Shown: one piece after another, positions 13,550 to 25,354 of the stretch
How positions within the stretch are numbered: the first letter of the stretch is position 1
Layout of the letters: the number at the start of each line of letters is the position of its first letter
DNA from: the human T2T-CHM13v2.0 reference genome, Homo sapiens
Direction: 5' to 3' (one strand)
Assembly (NCBI RefSeq): GCF_009914755.1
Contig: NC_060931.1
Length of the DNA: 64,000 nucleotides
Notes under the pieces: model-generated
Told to the model about the DNA's origin: nothing
Seen by the model: only the letters and a program-made list of their open reading frames with translations
The model's database searches: none
Translations under genes and position numbers: made by a program

Positions 13550-14814
13550 TGCCAGGTGAGGAAATTATAAGAACAGTCCAGGATCATGTGGGTGCCCAGA
13601 TTCCTTTGGGTCACCAAGAGGACTTAATTTTCTGAGTCCCTGTTCACTCAAAGACTTTTTTTGAGTCTTTGAATGAACAGGGCTTAGGTTTCTTCTGTAC
13701 AATCAATTGCTAAACATTAGAGACAAGAATCCAAAGTAGGTCCCTGGTTAAAAGGGTTAGGAGCTAATCTTATGCACACCTAGATAGACCAAAGTGGTGA
13801 TTTGAGCTCGGTGGCATTTTCTTGGCCTGTAGTAGTTTAAAGTATACCCTGATTTTTTTTTCGAAGAAAAAGGGCACTGGTTTTACTGCCTCCTCGTTCA
13901 TGAAGTCATGCCCAGAGAAAGTGCTGGACTTACTTGGCTGGGTCATATGGGAAGCCAGAATTAGAATCCAGAGTCAAAGTTCTCCTGGTCGCTGAGATGC
14001 TTTCCATAGAGACGCCAGTGTGGGGAACCACCCTGGTAACTTTTAGATGAATTATCCAGGACCCAGTAAGGGAGGGAGGAGAAAACACTGGATACAATGC
14101 AGCTTTGTTGCTGGACAGAAATGAAGCCCAGTATTCCTGTGCAGAGCTGCCCAAATTCTCTCCCACCATGCACAGGAGGGAGAGGCCCAGAGCCAGGAGT
14201 ACAGGCCCATGCACCCAGAACAGCCAACAGGATGTATCTGTAAAAATCTGCTTCCTTTTTACTGGCTTCAGGCTTTTAAAGAGTCTGGTCAATGGGCACA
14301 GATTGTAGGGAAATATGTGATTTTCAAGGAAATGGGGAAATCTGGTGACGATACTGGAATTAATAATTCTTTTAACATGAAAGAGTTGTTCTTTATGATC
14401 CTTACCATCTTACCTAGTGTTTGGAGTTTAAAGGAGGGAGAGAGAGAGGGTGAACTGGTTTCTTCATTGTATCCCCAGCAAATGGCCCATCTGCGAGCAT
14501 GAAGGTAGATGCATTTGAACTGCTGAAAGAACCTGGGCCAGAAGACCTTTCAGAACCCCTGAAAGCTTTTCCATATGAAGAGGAAACCAGGAAATTGAAG
14601 TCTTCATTTTGTCTTTGTGATCAAAGCCAGGGAGGAAGGATATTAAGCAGATACTGACCCGTAGTTTTGTGGCCACTACTAGAATTTATTGACATACATA
14701 GCAACTAAGGACTGCAGGACAGCTGAGTTTGGTATTTACTTCAAGAGAATAAAAGATCAGATGTCTGAAAACAGAGGGCTATATTGCTATAATGAGCCCA
14801 TTGCCTTTGATAAC

Positions 14815-15150
14815 AGGAGGTAATGACAGTCATGTTAGCTGGCATTGATTGAACATGTGCGATGTGCCTGGAAGTCTGGGAAGCCTGATTTGTATTCCAG
14901 TGCCAATAATAATGTACAGAACAATCATAAGGCCAGGAGTAAGAGCTTACACTTTTGAGTGCTCACTATGTGCCTGGCAGCAGCTAAGGGCTTTCCCTGC
15001 AGGTGTTGTTCCCCGTGTGGATGAGGAAACTGAGCTACAGGAGTTACCAACATTGTCCAAGGTAACCAGGCAAGAAAGAGGCAGAGCCAGGATTTGAAAC
15101 CAAATCTGTTTGACCCGGGCAGCACTTGTGCTTTTGACCATTACCACCAT
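14815..15150 (-). mobile_element. MIR fragments
   Basis: GAGTGCTCACTATGTGCCTGGCA...GATGAGGAAACTGAG...GGCAGAGCCAGGATTTGAAACCAA. Confidence 0.75.
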
Positions 15151-15919
15151 AATCTGGTAATAGCTCTTGCTGGCAAGCCATCCTCACCCCCAAATTTTCT
15201 GTGTTTTCTAAACTATGCTAAAACACCAGGAATTTGCAAATATTTCTTGTGCTATAATGTATTTTCATTTTGAAGGATTTTTTTTCTTGTAAAAGATTTT
15301 TGTCTTTTCAACAAAATTTTCTGTTTAGTTCTATTTTGACAAAATTGTCAAAATTATTTGGAAATAATATGCTGTGGTTTATGTTGACTGAATTTTTAAA
15401 TAAACCGATTTTATCCGCCTTTTAAGGAGAAATTTATGGATTTCGAAATGGTGGCCATTCTCTACTCACATTTTTGTTTCTGGTCCACAGTATTAATTCT
15501 TAAGATGATACACATTCATGTGTGACCCTGCTATAGAAGGCTGAATTCATCATGGAATTAGGATTTTTAATTCCAATGTCATGTGCTTATAAACTATTTC
15601 TTTCCTTTTCATCTTTTGCTTTCAAGGACCACTTAGTAACAGTTTCTAAAGAAAGAAACTGATTTTTTTTTCACATCTTGCTTAAGATGTTCTCAATTGA
15701 TGTGTTATTAGCAACTCAGTGATTCTTGACTTTTGAGAAGTCACAGTTTGTTTTTTTTTCATTGTTTGTTTTTTTGAGATTCTGAGAGAGTTGAGTCTCC
15801 TTTTCCCGGAAAAATGCACTCCTACCTTTGCCTACAACAGGGGATTCTCTGCCTGGGGTGCAGGTCAGTGGACACCGGGTCAAGAAATTCTGTTTCCTTC
15901 CTCCCTCCGTCCCTCTCTC

Positions 15920-16265
15920 TCTTCAACTGTTATATAAATATTTTTTGAGCCCTATTAAATGCTAGGCACTGTGCTCTGTGTTACGATTACAGGGGTGAGA
16001 TAAACAGCATGATTCCTGTCTTCATGGAGTTTATAGTCCAGTTAATGAAGAAGACATTCAACCAATATCCTCAGAAATAAACATGTATCTATGCTATGAT
16101 ATGTATGCTAAGAAGGAAAACAATTTGTTGTGTAAGAAGATCTTATACAGGAGGGTCAGACCTACTATGCGTATGTGTGTGGGGAGGGGAAAAGCAGATG
16201 AATCAGAGAAGGACCTCCATGAGAAAATGACATCTGGGCTGAGCTAAAAAGGATGGGTAGGAGGC
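15920..16265 (-). mobile_element. L2 3' fragment
   Basis: AAATATTTTTTGAGCCCTATTAAATGCTAGGCACTGTGCT...CCTGTCTTCATGGAGTTTATAGTCCAGT. Confidence 0.7.
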
Positions 16266-16787
16266 AGTTGGCCCAGAGGCAGGAGGAATGGGTCTGGCCA
16301 GGGAGTGTTGTACTGCATTCGTGCACCTCCAAAGTGCCGACGCAGCCAACCCCTTCTGCTGCCTGTGCACCCATCCCAAAGGCTCTGTGTGCTTCCTGTG
16401 CTGTACTCTTCCAGCATAATAAGATCAATTTCACAGAATCTCACCTGTCTATGATTCATTCATGTGAGGGGTCAAATCATTTTTCCCCTGAAGACAGATC
16501 CCTCTTGTGGAGTTTTAAAGTGGATTTTCTCTTTGCTCTCAAAGGGATTCCATGTTACTGGACTCATTATATCTGGTGCAGTGGCCTTAGGTTCCAATAA
16601 CTGTTCTAGTTTATTTGACTTGCTATGATAAGCTCAGAGTCAGGGCCATGTTCCTTTGCAGAATACATCTGGGGTGAGGAGGATACACTTGCTACCCACG
16701 TATACACACAGAGACACACATGCTCAGACATGTCCACACTCCCCAGCACACATTCTGTAATGTCACCACACTGGCATGAGGTTTAGA

Positions 16788-16945
16788 TCCTTACTATTCA
16801 AATCGCCACTCTTGGACCTGCAGCTTCATTAGCTTGTTAGAAATGCAGACTCCCAGGCCCCACCCCAGGCCCCCTGATCAGAATCTGCAAATTTGACAAG
16901 GTCCGGACATGATCTTTGTACACACTAAAGTTTGAGCAGTGCTGG
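16788..16945 (-). mobile_element. MER5-family MITE
   Basis: CTTGTTAGAAATGCAGACTCCCAGGCCCCACCCCAG...ATCAGAATCTGCA...AAAGTTTGAG. Confidence 0.75.
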
Positions 16946-17824
16946 GTTGGTTTTCTCCATTTCTAGTCTGGCCTAGTCTGTGTTGTTGAATAGTTTAGTC
17001 CAAATGCTTCCACTTAAGGCTTGGGATCACATTGACACTTTTAATTATCTATATTTTAATAGAAGCATCACGACGTTTTTTTCCCATGCAGGAGAAAGGA
17101 GTCCAGGTAACTGTTTAGTGGAATAGATGGAATGTGATTCTAATGTGCAACAGATGTGTGTTCCTGCAGAGAGCAAAGGCACACCAGTCTCAGGTGTACG
17201 GCACCCCTCATTTCTGCAAAAGGCATTTCACTTCTTCACGGACTGTCACCTGTGTGTCACTGGCATCCTTCTTCATTAGTTACATCAGGTGGAAAATCTC
17301 TTAACAGAATTTTTAAATAATCACTGGATGATGCAGAAATAAGGCAAGAAAATTGTGCACTAATCAGTGAAATTGCTCACAGTTATGAGTTGTAAGGTCA
17401 CTTGTGTCTGCTTTGTCCTTGGTCCTTCACAGACCTTGAGCCACAAGAGGCCAGTGAAAGGCAGCCCCAGGCATTGGTGGCTCAAGAATTTGGCCTTTCA
17501 TTTCCCTCCTGGACCCTTTCATCCCTGCTCTCTGATTCCTGGGGTCTGTCCTTCAGTTCTTGGGAACTGTGACCGACTTTCTGTCATGCTGGTCCATGTA
17601 GCCACCCATTTTCTTCCACAGGCTGTCTTCAGGACTGGGTAAGAGGCCCTTCCCATATCAGCCTCAGGCCCAGGACCCCCTCAGGTGGTGGAGAGTCACA
17701 GCTCAGGGCAGCGTACAACAGGAGCCCACATGTGTGGCACTGTCACTTTCCTTTGCATTTTGATGGCGTCCCTTGTTTCCTATTTGGCTGCAATAGGTAC
17801 TTTTACTCACCTTGTATTAATTAG

Positions 17825-18220
17825 ATCTTTTTCTAGTTGCCTATGAAGAAAACCCATTAAAGTGGTTAAAGTTGTAACACATTTCATTTGTAAAAATGAA
17901 AATTAATTGACTAATGTGACTGAAAAGCCAGGGCGAATTTCACTTCACACATGACTTGATTCAAGGTTTCCATGAGGTCCCCCAGGTTTGCCTTTTCTCC
18001 ATTTTTTTTTTGCCACATCTTCCTCTGCATTGGCTCTAGTTTCAGGTGGGGTCATGGTCCTCCTCCCAGTTCCTCATGGTTATAGCTTCGGAGAAATTAG
18101 ACAACAGAGCAAGTCTTTTCTCCCAGAAACCCCAGCAAGCCTCATGCTCCTCATTGGTTCTGATTGGGGCTGTCGCCATTTCTAAACCAATCACCCTAGT
18201 TGGAGAAATAAAATGAGTTG
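17825..18220. mobile_element. MLT1 (MaLR) LTR remnant
   Basis: ATTGACTAATGTGACTGAAAAGCCAGGG...CATGACTTGATTCAAGG and CTCATTGGTTCTGATTGGG resemble old MLT1J/K-type LTRs. Confidence 0.5.
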
Positions 18221-18232
18221 CTCCATTTAGAC

Positions 18233-18383
18233 CTGTGGTGGTCAAAATTCTGCAGGCATCACATTCATCAGGAGGGTCTGTGAAGATGCAAATCATTGGC
18301 CCCACACCCAGAGTTTCTGATTCAGCGGGATGGAGGTGGGTGATGCCGCTGCTGTTCTGGGGACCACACTTTGAGAACCACTG
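18233..18383 (+). mobile_element. MER5A MITE with 8-bp hAT target-site duplication
   Basis: TSD ATTTAGAC (18225-18232) and GTTTAGAC (18384-18391); ends GGGACCACACTTTGAGAACCACTG. Confidence 0.85.
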
Positions 18384-18499
18384 GTTTAGACCAATCAAGG
18401 CCCCTCCTAACCACATACATAGAGTGGAAGAGAGGTGTTCTTCCCAAGACCATTCTAGAGACTCTTACTTGAAGAGGGGAGAATGGATATTTCCCTTTC

Positions 18500-19040
18500 T
18501 CCTTATTCTAGAGTATTTGTGGCACTCTTATTTAACCACAGCTCCTGCCAATATGAGAGGAGTGACCTCTTTGCACCAGACACTCTGCTAGGCTCAGGGG
18601 ACACATTATGATCAGGGCTGAGTTTGGACCCTCCTAACTTAGAGTGGGGGTGTGGATGAATAACAATAAGCAGACACATACATAATATATGAGGTGATTG
18701 CCACAAAGAAACACAGCAGGGGAGGAGATGGAGAGCAAAGCTGGCCTCTGGGGGCTGTTTCGCATGGTATGGTCAGGGAGGCCCTCTGGGATGAGGTGCC
18801 CTGTAAGCTGAGATCTGGAGGAAGTGAGGGAGTGTGCCATGCTCAAATTTGGAAAAAAATGCTTTCTGAGCAGAGTACAAAGCACTTGGAGAGTTTGAAA
18901 AATACAAAGGGCCACTGTATCTGGCACTGAAGGATCCTCTGGGAGAGTGGAAGGGCAGATACAAGGCTTTACAGGCTGTGGGATGGGGGCTGGATTTTAC
19001 TGTGAGGAAGAAGAGAAACTCCTAGGAGACATGAGCAGTA
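18500..19040 (-). mobile_element. L2 fragment
   Basis: GGTCAGGGAGGCCCTCTGGGATGAGGTG...AAGCTGAGATCTGGAGGAAGTGAGGGAG. Confidence 0.65.
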
Positions 19041-19739
19041 CTTCTGGGAATAGGGATATGAAGTATGATGGAACAAACATGGGTGTAGAGAGAATGAGCT
19101 GTGCCCTTATTTTCAGTTAATGCCCAACTATTGAAAAGCTAGTGTTGGGCTCTAAGTGGACCTGGCACTTCTGCTCCCAGGTCCGTTTAGACCTGTGGCT
19201 GTCAAACTTCACCAGGCATCACATTTATCAGTAGAATCTAGATGTTTCCCGTAACCATATGTTTTGAAACCTGGTATTCTACAGGGGGAGCGATACATTA
19301 CCCCTCTGTTTTCCAGTTGGTGCCTCTTGATGTCCAGTCTGAGTTCCTTTCTAGCTAAGTCCGAGAGAAGATTGTTTTCCTCTGAATTTAAGCTTCAAGT
19401 GACTCCCCTAGCATCGTATGCACTTGAAGCTCAGCCACTTCTCCCATTCCTCCTTGAGGCAGAGGGGGAAGGGGATTGCTATTGAATTTTGCCTGGGAAA
19501 AAGTCTTGGAAGCACATAGATTTTTAAAATAGCTTCTCTTTAAAGAAGAGAAAGACGTGAAAAAGTAAGTCTGATTAAAATACAAGGGTAGCATCAGGGG
19601 AGCATGTTTACAGGTTTGAAGGGCTGCTATAAAGGGAGGCCTCTTGTGACCTTTGAGAGAATTAATCAAAAAGGAAAACAGAGAACCAGTCTTCCTCAGG
19701 GTCAAGCTCACCCTGGAGGTGCAAGGGCCACCTGTGAAG

Positions 19740-20295
19740 CCCAGTGTATCCTCTCCATGTTCAGAAGCACTTAGTGACTCTCTTTATTGGATCAAGTTCA
19801 CACTACTGAGCATGGCCTTCAATGCCCCATGTCATCTGACAATAACTTATGTTTTGAGATTTGCCCATTTTTACCCACATTGTACTCCATCCAGTCTAGC
19901 AATCCCCAAATGCACTTGGTGCTTTCCACTGGACATGCCTTTGTTTATGTCTTTCATCATTTGCTTGGACTGCTGTTCCTTGCTTCTCCCTGTTCCAGCC
20001 CAGGCTAAGGACTATTTCTTTCTAGAAGCCTTTTCTCCAGCGAAAATTGATGAGTCGTCCCCCCTTTCTCTCTAATGCTTCGGTTATTCTGTTTTATGCA
20101 CTAATTCCATTTGGCCTTAGATATACTACCGTGATTCCTCTCTATGACAGCTTCCCTCAAGAGAGATAAGCTCTTGAGGAAAGAGGCCATTTGTCATTCA
20201 TGTTTATGTTCCTCCCCCTCCCAACACACCCCAGCATACGCTGGAGGAAGTCAGAGGGGATGATCAACAAAGACACAGCGAGTTGTGTTGAACTG
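19740..20295 (+). mobile_element. L2 fragment
   Basis: GCATGGCCTTCAATGCCC...TGTACTCCATCCA...AAGCTCTTGAGGAAAGAGGCCATTTGTC...TGTTGAACTGAAT. Confidence 0.6.
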
Positions 20296-20451
20296 AATTC
20301 TAACTTTGGCTGCATAACAATGATTGCAGGGTGTTTAAACCTTGAGACTTGTTGAACAATGTTCATGGGTTTTTTTTGGCATTTTGTACACCTCTCCTTT
20401 TAGGACACTTGGATTGCAGCTTTACTGAGCTCAGGGCCATTTTCCCATTTT

Positions 20452-20471
20452 TTTCTAGAAATTTCTAGAAC
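20452..20471. promoter_or_regulatory. Perfect 4-pentamer heat shock element motif
   Basis: tTTCt-aGAAa-tTTCt-aGAAc: four alternating nGAAn units; also an 18-bp perfect palindrome. Confidence 0.5.
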
Positions 20472-22204
20472 CACCTCTGAAAAAGAAAAATGTGGTTCAA
20501 TCCAACAAAACAGTCTGACTCTAGGGTTGAAACGTGGGTGTGGCATGGTGGCTGGTGAAGCCCCTAAATGAACTCAGACACATTCTGCTCTTAGACATGC
20601 TTAACTACCTGGCCTCTGGTAACAAACTGGCCTCCCCTGTGTCCATTGCCTGGGTGAGAGAAAGGACATGAGATGACACCATCATGGATCTCCCAGCCTG
20701 ACAGATGGGTGTGAAATGTGCTCAGAAACACATTTCAGTTGAGGAAGGGAAAGTGGAAGAAATGACTCGTCTATTTTCAGAGCTAAATGATTCCCAGAGA
20801 TGTTCCTTACCCCATACATGTAGTTTTATTTGCTTATTTTCAATGATCTGTCTTCTGGATTTATTTTAAACAGAAATTGCCTTCAACATAGAAGCAATTG
20901 GCTAGGAATGTGTGGTGTGTGTGAGAGTAGGGTCTCTGGGGAGGAGGAGGCAAGTGATGCTGTATACCAATGTGTCTACATGTTCTGGGCTATTTGTGAG
21001 TGTGCTGGTAGAGTCATGTTGCTGCTAACTGTCCTTTGTATCTCATCTCATTGATGAATCACAACTGGAAGCATGACGTGCACAATGGAAGCTGTCAGGG
21101 CCATCATGTTGCATGAATTCTAAACACATTCCTTGCACATCAGCAGAGGCTGGCAACAGATTGTGAACATGCCAGTGGAATCATACATGCCTTCATGTCC
21201 TGCTCTGGACTTCCTTAGGAAAGGTCTAAGAAGACAGGTTCAATTTGGGTTTTGTTCTTCTTCCCTCTAGATGATGTTGGAAGAAAACTAAAAGCACCTG
21301 AGGGCCTGTCAAAGTCAATCACATTTATTCTTGGAAACCAAGTTCACCATAGAGGGCCAGTCAGGGATATCTGGACTCTAAAATGATGAGAACAGTTTGA
21401 TCGTCAACTCACAAGTCTTGTTATTTTCCAATGGAGGATGAAATCATTTTTGATAGGTGGATTCCTTAGTGAGGATGAAGTTAGTCCCTTTATGACTAAG
21501 AGACAGTTTAATGTACAAGTGTATATTTACTTCACAGTTCCAATTAAGAAAGGTAGCTGTGTTCTTTCCAGCATATCCATTTTGCCTTGAAGTAAGCTAA
21601 CCATTTTCCATTTGCACTGGGGACACGTCTTCTTTCAAACTAACATGGCCCATGAGTTGGAGGAGCATTGAAACAATGTTCATTGATGCCCTTTACTGGA
21701 TCACGGGAATGGAACAATCAGATTTTAGACCCATTTTCCCAAGGTGGCCCAGTCTATTCTAGGTAAATAAGCATTGGATTAATATTTAGGCCTTAAGTGT
21801 CCCAGCCCCCAAAGCCTGTCTTCCAGATGGTATTGTTGATCCTTCTTAGCAAAACAACACTTGCGCCACACAAGACTAGACACACAAGCCTTATGCCGAG
21901 TCAGGAGCTCGTCTCAGTCCTGAGTGGGAGTAAACAGATTGTGATCTGTGTAGCTCTACTGGGGGCACACTCCAGACATTTCCAGGGCAAACAGCTAGCC
22001 TAGAAAGGGGACTCTACGTATCCAATGTGCTCTTGTTGGGTTCATATTTTTATTAGGAGAGACCTTAAGTCTTTTACTGTTTGAAACCTTATAGGCATAA
22101 TTAGGCATGATTGATTTCATCCTGCCTTTCATACCCTCTACTAGTTACCTACTCTATTGGTTTATCCAAAGTGCACATATCACTTTTCTTCCATTTGCAG
22201 GTCA

Positions 22205-23095
22205 TACGTTTGGATAACTTCCCTGACTTTCCTTGTCTGTAAAATGAGATGAATAAGAGCTACACTCTGGGTGGTTGTTCAACCCCAATGAGAAAATGAA
22301 TGTGGAGCATGGAGGCATGGTGCCCTGCATGTAGACAGGGCTCAGCCAGCATTGCTCTCCTTCTCTCCTTGCCATTCTCAATTCCCTATAGAGTCTGAGG
22401 ACCTCATTCCCCCAAGCCTGCTCTACAGCCACAGACTCCTAAGCTGTCCGCTTTGCCAGATTCTGTCTGCTCCCAACCTCTGCCTGGTGAGTGCCACACG
22501 CAGGTGCTGCCTTAGGCTTTTTGGGCCTTTCATCAGAAACCTTAAGTGGCCCACCTTACTGGCAAGACAAAATTCCAAATTCTTTAACTTGACATCTAAG
22601 GTTTGCTCTACTCTCTACCTTGCCTACCTGTTCAAATAAACTCTTCCTTTCTCAAACCTCTGGTCCAGTCAGGCCGACAGGCTTTGAGTATAATGTCCTC
22701 TGTTGTGCCTCAGGCCATTTTTTCTAGAATATTCTTTTTTACCTTTCCAAATCCTACCCACCTTTCCATATCTAGCTCAATTTCATGATGTTTGTGCGGT
22801 CTTTCCTATTCACCAGTCACACATGCTTTTTCTTTTCTTCTGAACTCCTACGTGAGTTGTGAATAGACCACTCCATTGATTTGCTTGTTAACCAAACTGT
22901 CTAGCTTCTTGTGTGGTCTTTAATCAGAATTTAGGTCCTCTGTTGCTGTCCTTTCTTTGGCTTATTTCCCATCCTCTCAACCAGAGGGTGTAAATGCCAC
23001 AAGGATGAGGACTAGATCACATTTGTATTTCACGTCTCCTAGTGTGAGGTTCCTGGCATTGCAGACTTCCAGTAGTTGATTTAATGCAGGAGAAG
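22205..23095 (+). mobile_element. MIR fragment (~22205-22350) and L2 fragment (~22520-23095)
   Basis: TTCCTTGTCTGTAAAATGAGAT (MIR core); AAAATTCCAAATTCTTTAACTTGACATCTAAGG (L2). Confidence 0.55.
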
Positions 23096-23659
23096 TTAAT
23101 CAGAATTAGAATAAATCTTTTCTTTATAGAATTGTTTTTAGCATACAGAAACTATGGGTGTGGCAACTCAGCACAGAGCATCTTAATCTCAATTGGGAGA
23201 TGCCAATTTGGATGAGCTTATTAACTGAAGAGCATTCGCAAACTAATTTGTCACTGTATCCTCTGGACATTAGAATGCTAATTCTCTCAGATTTTTTAAT
23301 TTCTGCCAAACCTCAGAGAGTAGCTCTGACTAACATCCTCCAGGGACCAAATTGGAACAAAGGCAACTGGCTAAGCGAGTCATTTGGAGCGTTATGTAAT
23401 TTAGATTTCGAGTTAGGTTTTTTTTCGGAAGTAAAATAGAAATCTGACACCAACTCAGGCCCAGGTGTTTTTCTCCTCTCTTCTGTGTTCTGGTCTTTAA
23501 AAAATAAATCTAGGGCAGCTCTCTGTGTTTTAGGATTGTTTCTCCAATGAGACTGCTTTTTATTTCATGTCATGTCAGTTCCTTATCTGGTAGAGGCTGT
23601 GTGACATATGAGGTTTGGTGCTCTATGTATTGGGTTTTTTGGTGTGTTGAGGTCTGGTG

Positions 23660-23855
23660 TAAGGGCTAAAATGAGAACTTATTGTCAAATCATTTGGGCT
23701 CAAATCCTGGCTTCACCATTGCTGTGTGTACCTAAAAGTATGGTTTAAATGTTCTAGACCTCAATCTCCTTATCTATAAAATGCATATAATCTAATATCC
23801 ACCTCATAATTGTAACCATTATATGAGGTATATATTTAAAGTACTTAGTACAATT
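23660..23855 (+). mobile_element. MIR
   Basis: GGGCTCAAATCCTGGCTTCACCA...CCTCAATCTCCTTATCTATAAAATG...AAAGTACTTAGTACA. Confidence 0.7.
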
Positions 23856-24816
23856 TTTAAAAATGCTACGCATGTATACTCATTTGCCAGTGTTGAGTAC
23901 AGGAAACAGCACAAGACAAAACAAATAAATACCTTTTCAGATTACAACATGGATCTGCAAGACTTGGTAGAGATTTGAAAATATTAATACCAGTGAGAGG
24001 CCTGCATTGATTCCATAAGTCCAATTATTAACGGTGCTATTGACGGGTTAATGGAGATTGTTTGTCTTTCGATATACTGATCCCTGGCAGATTAGACCTA
24101 CATGGGGGTTGTACACTTCTGTTTTTTTCAGTGTTGTGAAATGAACCTGGCTCTGTAGAAATGGACTTGCATCATAACCTTAGATAAGCTAAGGAGGCAT
24201 GTGGAACTGGTCTCATGAATTGTTCCCTCATTGTGAAGTCAACTCATTCCTGGAGCCCACAGCCCACTGGCTGAGGTCACACAGTTTCCATGTTAATTTT
24301 CTTTCACTGTCCTCTCTTGGTCACCAATCTTACTGGGCAGTATTCTTCACAATGCTGGAAAGCATTATGACATACTGAGTGACATACAGAGCATGTGGTT
24401 GCTGTTGGCTCTCTTATTTAAGGGTGGATGTTCCATGTTCTTACAAGTCCCTTTAGTGTATCCCTGTAAACTTTAGCATGGATTTTGATGATGAGAATGG
24501 AGAAAATGAAACTTTTTGGACTACATTTTTCTGTCTGTATGTTTTTCTTAAGTATTTACACAGGAAATAGAAAGCATATGCATTATTTAATGCTGCTTTT
24601 CACCTGATGCCAAATACTTGGATTGCAATGGGAAAACCCCTAACAGTCCCCATGGATTTTTGAATGTTCCTAAACATTAAATACTTCCTTGAATATTACA
24701 TAGGTCTAATTTTCACCCTAACATAGGCTACCAGGTGCTTTATTCTTAGTCTAAGCCTACAATATTTCTTGCAAGAGAGTGGGTGGTCATGGAAGGGGTT
24801 GGAGGATGATTTTGAG

Positions 24817-25354
24817 ATGGATTCTCCAGAGAAACAGAACCAATATGATATGTGTATATGTGTATAAAAGAGATTCCTTATAAGGAATTAGCTTACACAA
24901 CTATGGAGTCTGACAAGTCCTGAGATCTGCAGGATGAGTTGGCGAGCTGGAGACCCAGGAGGGCTGATGGTATAATTTCAGTCTGAGTCTGAAGGCTTGA
25001 GACCCAGGAAAACTGATGTCATAGTCCCAGTCCAAAGACCACCAGGCTTGCAAGACCCAGGGAGAGCTGATGTTTCAGTTCAAGTTCAAAGGCGGCAAAA
25101 AGCCAGTGTCTCAGCTGGGAGGTAGGCAGTAAGGAGGAATTCTCTCTTACTCAGGGGAGGGTCAGCTTTTTTGTCTTTAATTGACTGTATGAGGCCCACA
25201 TCCATTAGGAAGAGCAACCTGCTTTACTCAGTCTACCAATTTAAATGTTCATCTTATCCAAATACAACCTCAGATAAACACCCAGAATAATATCTAACCA
25301 ACTATCGGGCACCTATGACCCAGTCAAGTTGACATGTAAAAATTAATCATCACA
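24817..25354 (-). mobile_element. MLT2 (ERVL) solo LTR
   Basis: TTCTCCAGAGAAACAGAACCAATA...GCTGGAGACCCAGGAGGGCTGATGG...CCCAGTCAAGTTGACATGTAAAAATTAATCATCACA. Confidence 0.85.

Noticed and set aside
15333-15354. ATTTTGACAA-aa-TTGTCAAAAT palindrome
   Set aside because: AT-rich 10-bp arms in low-complexity sequence; plausible by chance.
17622-17638. 17-nt micro-exon candidate (ttcttccacAG...TGG|GTAAGA)
   Set aside because: Short pyrimidine tract and moderate donor; such pairs are common in long introns, and there is no other support.
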